A DNA stretch of 64,000 bases from an uncultured Cyclobacterium sp. GTDB lineage: Bacteria > Bacteroidota > Bacteroidia > Cytophagales > Cyclobacteriaceae. Each line of letters opens with the position of its first letter. Within the stretch, counting starts at the first letter, position 1. Location of the stretch: assembly GCF_963976465.1 (NCBI RefSeq), contig NZ_CAXBOC010000001.1:1103-65102 (forward strand). The letters run 5' to 3'. The notes beneath the pieces were generated by a model, which worked only from the letters and a program-made list of their open reading frames with translations, had not been told where the DNA came from and ran no database searches. This document shows positions 57,304 to 64,000 of this stretch, piece after piece. Position numbers and translations under genes: made by a program.

Positions 57304-59391
57304 TCAGGAAATCCTGCTCCAATTCATTTCGTTCTTTCTGAGTCTAGACAATTGATCAGCGATGGGTTTATTTTCTAACTCCTTAAGGTGAGGGTCTTTC
57401 TCCAGAATCGATTGTGCTGAAGCCCTGGCTTGGACCAAAATCTCGCTGTCTTTTCCAATGTCTGCAATCTTTAAATCTGTAATTCCCGATTGTTGGGTGC
57501 CGGCCAAATCCCCGGGGCCACGAAGCCTCAGGTCTACATCAGCAATCTCAAATCCATCGTTGGTCCTAACCATGGTGTCCAGTCTTACCCTACTGTCTTT
57601 ACTTAGTTCATATTTACTCATTAATATACAGTAAGATTGGTCTGAGCCTCTCCCTACCCTTCCTCGCAATTGATGCAGTTGGGACAAACCAAACCTTTCT
57701 GCATTTTCGATCACCATAACCGAAGCGTTTGGAACGTTTACTCCTACTTCTATGACCGTAGTTGCTACCATTATTTTTGTTTCGTCTTTGACAAACCGGT
57801 TCATCTCAAACTCCTTATCAGCAGGTTTCATATTGCCATGCAATATACCAACAGGCATTTCGGGGAAAGCCCTACAAATACTTTCATAGCCATCCATTAG
57901 GCTTTTCAGGTCGCTTTTTTCAGAATCTTCAATCAAAGGATATACAATATAAACCTGTCGACCCTTGGCGATTTCTTTTTTCAAGAAGCCAAAAACTTTG
58001 AGCCGGTCTTTGTCATATCTGTGAACCGTCTGTATGGCCTTTCTGCCTGCGGGCAATTCATCAATCACAGAAATGTCCAGGTCTCCATACACTGTCATGG
58101 CCAGGGTTCTGGGGATGGGTGTAGCAGTCATTACCAGTACATGGGGATAGAAATCACTGTTCTTGCCCCATAATTTCGCTCTTTGTGCCACGCCAAATCG
58201 ATGTTGCTCATCAATAATGGCCAGGCCTAATTGCTTGAAGACCACCACATCCTCTAACAGTGCATGGGTGCCCACCAATAGGTTCAATTCACCCGAAGCT
58301 TCATGAATGATTGCCCTGTTTTTCTTATTAGTAGACCCGGTAAGCAAGGCAATCTTCAAGCCCATTTGTTCCGAAAAATCTTTTAAGCCCTCATAGTGCT
58401 GGGTAGCTAAGATTTCTGTTGGAGCCATCAGGCAGGTTTGGTAGCCTGAATCGACAGCTACTAATAGACAGATAAAAGCGACAATGGTTTTTCCTGAGCC
58501 TACATCGCCCTGGACCAACCTGTTCATTTGAAGCCCGGATTTTAGGTTGCTGTAAATTTCCTTAATTACCCTTTTCTGGGCGTTGGTAAGGTCAAAAGGA
58601 AGAAATTCTTTGTAAAACTTGGTGAGCAAACCTGTTTTGTCCAAAACCTTTCCTCTGAATTTCTCGGTTCTGGCCAGGTTCATTTTCAATAAACGCAGTT
58701 GCAAGAAAAAAAACTCCTCAAACTTCAATCGGTAAAGGGCTATTTTTAATGCTTGTTGGCCAGAGGGAAAGTGAATTTCCTTGAGAGCTACCGGCTTTCT
58801 TTCCAAGCGCAAGGATTGGCAAAGTGAAAGTGGAAGGGTTTCAGGAATCTTGGGCAGAACCAAAGGCAATAAGGTTTCTATGATTTTGGAAATGCCTTTA
58901 CTGTCTAGGTACCTACTTCTTAGTTTTTCTGTGGTGGGATAAACCGGTTGGAAGCTTGCCTCTTTTTCTTGCTTATGGGTAAGGGGTTCGATTTCAGGAT
59001 GTGCAATGCTGATTTTTCTACCAAATTGTTGTGGTTTGCCAAAGACAACCATAGGAACACCTTTGACCAGTCTTTTACTTACCCACTGTATGCCTTTAAA
59101 CCAAGTCAATTCTATAAGGCCTGTTTCATCCCTAAATTGAGCCACAAGTCTCTTTTTTCTTCCATCACCGATAATTTCTAAAGAAGAAACGGTTCCCACA
59201 AGTTGCACTTGCTGTAGGTCTGATCGGATGTCTGCTATTTTATAATATTTGGTCCGGTCTTCATACCTGAAGGGGTAATGTTGTAGCATTTCACCAAAGG
59301 TGAAAATATCCAACTCTTTATTGATAAGTGCTGCTTTTTGAGGGCCAACACCTTTCAGGTATTCGATTTTAGTATCAAAGAATCCGGACAA
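57304..59391 (-). CDS. recG: ATP-dependent DNA helicase RecG
   Basis: 695 aa. Wedge domain. Walker A GDVGSGKT, DEQHRFG. C-terminal helicase motifs. The track start is TTG. Confidence 0.9.
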   Translation of the reverse strand: MSGFFDTKIEYLKGVGPQKAALINKELDIFTFGEMLQHYPFRYEDRTKYYKIADIRSDLQQVQLVGTVSSLEIIGDGRKKRLVAQFRDETGLIELTWFKGIQWVSKRLVKGVPMVVFGKPQQFGRKISIAHPEIEPLTHKQEKEASFQPVYPTTEKLRSRYLDSKGISKIIETLLPLVLPKIPETLPLSLCQSLRLERKPVALKEIHFPSGQQALKIALYRLKFEEFFFLQLRLLKMNLARTEKFRGKVLDKTGLLTKFYKEFLPFDLTNAQKRVIKEIYSNLKSGLQMNRLVQGDVGSGKTIVAFICLLVAVDSGYQTCLMAPTEILATQHYEGLKDFSEQMGLKIALLTGSTNKKNRAIIHEASGELNLLVGTHALLEDVVVFKQLGLAIIDEQHRFGVAQRAKLWGKNSDFYPHVLVMTATPIPRTLAMTVYGDLDISVIDELPAGRKAIQTVHRYDKDRLKVFGFLKKEIAKGRQVYIVYPLIEDSEKSDLKSLMDGYESICRAFPEMPVGILHGNMKPADKEFEMNRFVKDETKIMVATTVIEVGVNVPNASVMVIENAERFGLSQLHQLRGRVGRGSDQSYCILMSKYELSKDSRVRLDTMVRTNDGFEIADVDLRLRGPGDLAGTQQSGITDLKIADIGKDSEILVQARASAQSILEKDPHLKELENKPIADQLSRLRKNEMNWSRIS

Positions 59392-59409
59392 ATCTAACTA
59401 TTTAATACT

Positions 59410-60480
59410 TCACAGAAACTTTTTTTTCAGCTCAGATTCAAGTGCCTTGATTTCCGGCCTTTTCTCGATAAACGCGGTTAGCAACTCCGCTTGGTTTTTG
59501 GCACGATGAAGATTTTGTTCTTTATAGGTTACCTGATAGTACACATTGCCCATCAAATGGTCCGTTAAAAAACGAAGTCCCATGATAAGGGTCATCATTT
59601 CAGCTCCAAAGGGAATCGAGTCCATTTCTTTATTCGTAATATGGCCTGCCAATACGGTGTAAAAGCCTTCGAGTAAGCCCTTATATTTAACCATATCAAC
59701 ATGAATGTTTCCCCAATCTAAGGAGGACTCATCTCTGGTACACGCCACTGTACGGGCAAGGTCTCCAAAATCATAAAATACAAAACCGGCCATGATGGTG
59801 TCCAGATCAATTACTGCATTGACCTTCTTTAGGTCTTCACTAAAGATCAGATTGTTGATTTTGGTGTCATTGTGCGTAGCTCTAAGTGGCAGCTGATCAC
59901 GGTAAATTCTAAACTGCTTCAATAACTCCTTTTGGGCCTCATAATAGGCGATCATTTCCTCTGTCTCCTTGTCGATTTCAATGGTAGGATTTTTTAAGGC
60001 TTGATCAAATTGTTCATACCTCCATTCCAGGTTATGGAAATCTTGTATGGTATCTTGGAGTTTGCCGGGGTCTGTTTTGGAGAATATTTTGACAAAGTAA
60101 GCAAAAGCTTCCGCAGCAATTTCAGCTTGTTCTTTTTCTTCAATGTCATCTCTGGTTAGCCCGGTTACAAAGGGAAAAAGGCGGTATTGTCCCCCGTCTA
60201 AGGTTGTAAATAATTCCCCTTTGCGGTTAGGAATAGGCAAGGGCAAAACAAAAGGGAGCTTAGCCGGGTCAAAATTATCTAAGAGATATCCGAGATTATT
60301 TGAAATTCGCTCAGGGTACTTAAAAACTGTGTCATTAAATTCTTGTAAAATATAGGATTTGTTGGGGCCATCCACTTTATATGTCTTATGAATGTGACCC
60401 GAACCGAATCTATTGGCTACCATTTGGCCTTCGTCTAATGCGTAAGCAGATTTTAAGGCATCTAATATTGTTTCTTTCAT
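59410..60480 (-). CDS. APH/ChoK-fold phosphotransferase (possibly sugar anomeric kinase-like)
   Basis: 356 aa. Brenner motif THNDTKINN and Mg-binding IDLDT. Confidence 0.55.
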   Translation of the reverse strand: MKETILDALKSAYALDEGQMVANRFGSGHIHKTYKVDGPNKSYILQEFNDTVFKYPERISNNLGYLLDNFDPAKLPFVLPLPIPNRKGELFTTLDGGQYRLFPFVTGLTRDDIEEKEQAEIAAEAFAYFVKIFSKTDPGKLQDTIQDFHNLEWRYEQFDQALKNPTIEIDKETEEMIAYYEAQKELLKQFRIYRDQLPLRATHNDTKINNLIFSEDLKKVNAVIDLDTIMAGFVFYDFGDLARTVACTRDESSLDWGNIHVDMVKYKGLLEGFYTVLAGHITNKEMDSIPFGAEMMTLIMGLRFLTDHLMGNVYYQVTYKEQNLHRAKNQAELLTAFIEKRPEIKALESELKKKFL

Positions 60481-60765
60481 AGTTATAATTCAAAAACCCT
60501 ATAAGGTTAATTATTTTGACACTTTCAAATAGTAAATTTACGATACTTTTAAATATATGTTATTGAAAGAGTTTATATTTACTTTTGAAGAGATTGCAAA
60601 CACTTTAAAATGAGTGCTCAGACTTAGTTCCACAAATATTTAAAGGAATTAATTAAAATAATTGAAAAAGTTTTATTTATTTAGAAAAATTTTCTTCTTA
60701 CTTGGGAGATTAAAATTATTACTTCATCATCATTTGTAGAAAAAATATACCATAAATAAGTCACC

Positions 60766-62541
60766 ATGAATATTTCAATCCTTGATTGGGCAATAATTAT
60801 TTCATTTTTTGTTATCTCAATGTTAATAGGGGTATTTGCCTCTAAAACAGCAGGTAAGAACGCTAAAGAATTCTTCCTTTCCGGAAGAAACATGCCATGG
60901 TGGCTTTTGGGTGTCAGTATGGTGGCCACCACTTTTTCTGCAGATACGCCAAACTTAGTAACGGATATCGTAAGAAAAAATGGCGTGTCCGGCAACTGGG
61001 TTTGGTGGGCTTTCTTGTTGACAGGTATGTTAACAGTATTTGTCTATGCCAAACTTTGGAGACGGTCGGAGGTAACCACCGATCTGGAGTTTTATGAATT
61101 GAGGTATGGCGGGAAAGGTGCTGCATTTTTAAGGGCCTTCCGAGCCCTTTACTTGGGTGTCTTTTTCAATGTTGTAATCATGGCCACGGTTTCTTTGGCA
61201 GCAATTAAGATCTTTGGGGTCATGCTTGGCCTTAGTTCCTGGGAAACGCTATTGATTGTTTCTGTAGTAACGGTGTTTTATAGTTCATTGGGAGGTTTGA
61301 AAGGAGTATTGCTTACAGACTTTTTTCAATTTTTCATTGCCATGGCCGGAGCTTTTGGCGCAGCTATATATATTGTAAGCTTACCCGAAATCGGAAGCTT
61401 GGATGCTTTGCTAACCCACCCAAATGTTTCAGATAAGCTAAATATCATACCTGATTTTAGCGATTGGAATTTACTTATCCCTCTATTTATTATGCCTTTG
61501 GCTATTCAGTGGTGGGCCACTTGGTACCCTGGAGCTGAGCCGGGAGGTGGAGGATACATCGCACAAAGGATGTTGTCTGCCAAAGATGAAAAGAATGCCA
61601 TTGGTGCCACCTTGTTATTTAATGTTACCCATTATGCCATTCGTCCATGGCCCTGGATAATTATAGCATTGGCTTCGCTTATTATATTTCCTCAGTTGAG
61701 TGACATGCAAGCAGCCTTCCCAAATATTGAAGAAAGTAAACTGGGAGATGATTTGGCTTATTCTGCCATGCTTACCTTTCTTCCAAAAGGACTTATTGGA
61801 ATTGTACTTGCTTCCCTTATTGCAGCTGTAATGTCTACACTATCTACCCACCTTAATTGGGGTTCCTCTTACGTTGTAAATGATTTTTATTCCCGGTTTG
61901 TTAAGCCGGATGCTACAGATAAGGAATTAGTTGCCGTAGGTAGAATTTCAACGGTGGGATTAATGGTACTTGCCGCGTTATTGGCAACTGTACTTTCAAA
62001 TGCATTAGAGGCCTTTAATATCTTGTTACAAATTGGAGCAGGAACCGGATTAATATTTATTCTTAGGTGGTTTTGGTGGAGAATCAATGCCTATACTGAG
62101 ATTTCTGCGATGATTGTATCCTTTATTGTAGCCATCTATTTTGAATCCATACACAATAAATTGGGCTTTTATCCGATTCCTGATGACATGGCCTACCTTA
62201 AATTACTACTGGGTGTTTCCATTACCACCATTACCTGGGTGGCAGTTACCTTATTGACCAAGCCTGAGGACGACGAAGTATTGCTTGCCTTCTACAAGAA
62301 GGTTAGGCCTGCATCTCATGGCTGGAAAAAACTATTGGCTAAATACCCTGATGTAAAAGAAGAATTTGGTCAATTGCCTATGGAGATTGGTTTGATGCTA
62401 ATCGCTTCAATTATGGTTTATTCGGCCTTATTCGGTGTAGGTTTCTGGATTTATGGAGAAGTATTACCTGCTATTATTGCTTCTGTGATAGCGATTGCCG
62501 GTGGTGTTCTTGTGTTTAAAGGCTGGAAAAAAATGAGATAA
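60766..62541 (+). CDS. Sodium:solute symporter family transporter
   Basis: 591 aa, about 13-14 TM helices. N-terminal FFLSGRNMPWW is typical of the SSS family. Confidence 0.8.
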   Translation: MNISILDWAIIISFFVISMLIGVFASKTAGKNAKEFFLSGRNMPWWLLGVSMVATTFSADTPNLVTDIVRKNGVSGNWVWWAFLLTGMLTVFVYAKLWRRSEVTTDLEFYELRYGGKGAAFLRAFRALYLGVFFNVVIMATVSLAAIKIFGVMLGLSSWETLLIVSVVTVFYSSLGGLKGVLLTDFFQFFIAMAGAFGAAIYIVSLPEIGSLDALLTHPNVSDKLNIIPDFSDWNLLIPLFIMPLAIQWWATWYPGAEPGGGGYIAQRMLSAKDEKNAIGATLLFNVTHYAIRPWPWIIIALASLIIFPQLSDMQAAFPNIEESKLGDDLAYSAMLTFLPKGLIGIVLASLIAAVMSTLSTHLNWGSSYVVNDFYSRFVKPDATDKELVAVGRISTVGLMVLAALLATVLSNALEAFNILLQIGAGTGLIFILRWFWWRINAYTEISAMIVSFIVAIYFESIHNKLGFYPIPDDMAYLKLLLGVSITTITWVAVTLLTKPEDDEVLLAFYKKVRPASHGWKKLLAKYPDVKEEFGQLPMEIGLMLIASIMVYSALFGVGFWIYGEVLPAIIASVIAIAGGVLVFKGWKKMR

Positions 62542-62661
62542 AACATAATGAAATTATAAAATTGAAATCATGGGAAGAAAGGTAGAAAGATCTTTCTTCC
62601 CATGAATTAGTTGGAAAATCCTAATAACAGTTGGATATTTGCAGCTACCAAAATAAATCTT

Positions 62662-63078
62662 ATGGCTAATGAAACGGCTGAAATATTAAAAAACAATAAA
62701 CTAAGGGTAACGAGCTGTAGAAGAGAGGTGCTCAATACATTTCTAGTTAGAAAGATTGCCTTGTCTCACGGTGATCTCGAAGAGGCGTTAAAGGATAATT
62801 TTGATAGGGTTACCATTTATAGGACGCTAAAGACCTTTTTAGAAAATGACCTTGTTCACAAGGTCCTGGACGATACCGGTGCGGCAAAATATGCCTTGTG
62901 CAACCATGGCGCAGATGAAGCACATCATGACCATGAGCATGTCCATTTCAAGTGTGAAAAATGTGGGAATACGAGCTGTTTAGAGGATATTTCCTTGCCT
63001 AAAATCTCTTTGCCTAAGGGGTATAATCCCAAAGAAATGAGCCTCTTAATCCAAGGGACTTGTAATAAGTGCAAATAA
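62662..63078 (+). CDS. Fur-family metalloregulator
   Basis: Start moved to MANETAEILK. Winged helix (RVTSCRREVL..). HHDHEHVH metal site. CEKC...CNKC structural zinc pairs. Confidence 0.8.
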   Translation: MANETAEILKNNKLRVTSCRREVLNTFLVRKIALSHGDLEEALKDNFDRVTIYRTLKTFLENDLVHKVLDDTGAAKYALCNHGADEAHHDHEHVHFKCEKCGNTSCLEDISLPKISLPKGYNPKEMSLLIQGTCNKCK

Positions 63079-63079
63079 A

Positions 63080-63331
63080 TTAATAATGCACGGGTGTTTT
63101 ATCTTTCTCATCGGAAGGCCACACAATGCCCGGGGGTAAATCAATCACAGGTGGTGTGTTGGTTTCTACACCTCCATCGCCATCATCATCATTATTTTTC
63201 CTGTTTCGTTGAATTTTTGACTTAGTTAGCGTGGCCACGAAGTAAATCAATACTACGTAGGCTATGCCACATAAAATCAAATCTATCACCAGGCTATTCA
63301 TCATATTGAAGGTTTGATGTTTAAGATACAA
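63080..63331 (-). CDS. Hypothetical small membrane protein
   Basis: 83 aa, one TM helix (VIDLILCGIAYVVLIYFVATL), then an acidic/Pro-rich tail. Confidence 0.4.
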   Translation of the reverse strand: MYLKHQTFNMMNSLVIDLILCGIAYVVLIYFVATLTKSKIQRNRKNNDDDGDGGVETNTPPVIDLPPGIVWPSDEKDKTPVHY

Positions 63332-63648
63332 TAATAATTTGAATATATCAACATACGATCCAGTAGATTAATCCAAGATTTAACGGTGCTCTGGGTAATA
63401 AAATAGTGATCAAGCTATTTGTTTCTTGAGAATGACAAAGGCAAGAGTGTCTAAGTTGGAAATTTTAAGTAGAACTCAGGTAATTATTCTTCAACTCCTC
63501 GATTGGGAATTGCTAAAAGTATGCACCTCGCTTCTTACACCCTTGGAATTGGATCGAAAAAGTGTAAAAAAGTGAAAAGGGATACCCAATAAACTTGCTA
63601 TCTAATGGATAAGGTAAGATATTTGCCCAGCAAAATGAATATTTTAAA

Positions 63649-64000
63649 ATGATCGTAAAGACAAAGAAATATAAACTGGAAACAGGCACCTATATCAAAC
63701 AAGGGTTGATGAATATTTTAAAAGAGCAATGGTGGGTAGTTTTGATCGCTATTGCCATCGCTTGCGGCTATTTTTGGATCCCTTCTTGGTGGTGGATCAG
63801 CATGGCTATCTTGGCCTATGTATTGTATTGGCTTTTTTGGGTAATACAATTTGCAGGGGTTACACAAATGGAGCAAAACAAGGTGATGTTTGAAAAGCTT
63901 TCCTATGAAATTGATAGCAGGCAGATCTTGATGAAAATCAATAGTAAGCAAGGAATGCCAATTAAATGGGAAATGGTAAAGGATGCTCAAATTAAAGATG
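63649..64000 (+). CDS. Hypothetical two-TM membrane protein, partial (runs off right edge)
   Basis: Own translation from ATG 63649: MIVKTKKYKLETGTYIKQGLMNILKEQWWVVLIAIAIACGYFWIPSWWWISMAILAYVLYWLFWVIQFAGV... The frame is open to the window end. Absent from the track for lack of a stop. Confidence 0.5.
   Translation, partial: MIVKTKKYKLETGTYIKQGLMNILKEQWWVVLIAIAIACGYFWIPSWWWISMAILAYVLYWLFWVIQFAGVTQMEQNKVMFEKLSYEIDSRQILMKINSKQGMPIKWEMVKDAQIKD

Noticed and set aside
63432-63575. 47-aa + strand ORF (MTKARVSKLEILSRTQVIILQLLDWELLKV...) in the Fur-distal intergenic region
   Set aside because: It has only a faint resemblance to a LuxR-type HTH fragment. It is short, with no start context or partner, so the evidence is insufficient.
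1-64000. CRISPR arrays, rRNA operons, integrases, prophage or conjugative modules, and polysaccharide-utilisation (SusC/SusD) loci
   Set aside because: I scanned both strands for regularly spaced direct repeats and for the corresponding protein signatures in the ORF track. None was found. The only repeat family present is the RAYT-associated A/B module set at 47042-49487.

Overview
Densely coding chromosomal window of about 65 protein genes. Gene content and protein styles look like Bacteroidota, probably a Cytophagia-type genome; this is inference only, since no search was possible. Most genes are housekeeping.

Gene order, left to right:
- a >1385-codon AsmA/TamB-like gene that runs off the left edge and is missing from the ORF track
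- an atypical 143-nt tRNA-like RNA gene, then rluD and an ACC-deaminase-family gene
- a kynurenine-pathway cluster (kmo, kynU, 3-hydroxyanthranilate dioxygenase)
- prmC, an rsmB-like methyltransferase and guaB
- three tandem FKBP lipoproteins, nrnA and ndk
- GH140-like and GH5 hydrolases, scpA and dxs
- an ECF sigma / soluble ZAS anti-sigma pair, followed by two loci carrying an identical promoter-like motif
- a frameshifted DinB gene
- a translationally coupled vWA + ChlI-like AAA+ pair with deviant Walker motifs
- coaX and a DPP-IV peptidase
- a REP-associated tyrosine transposase (RAYT) inside a nest of hairpin repeat modules, with two internally deleted derivatives
- AraC, MazG-like and PIN-PhoH genes
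- a co-directional MoxR / LytS-type kinase / two LytTR regulators run
- recG, a Na+/solute symporter and a Fur-family gene

No rRNA, CRISPR array, integrase or prophage was seen.

Most noteworthy:
1. the tRNA-like RNA
2. the RAYT/REP nest
3. the ECF-ZAS pair with its shared motif
4. the vWA/AAA+ pair

All family calls rest on motifs read directly from the translations plus remembered family knowledge. None has been confirmed by search.
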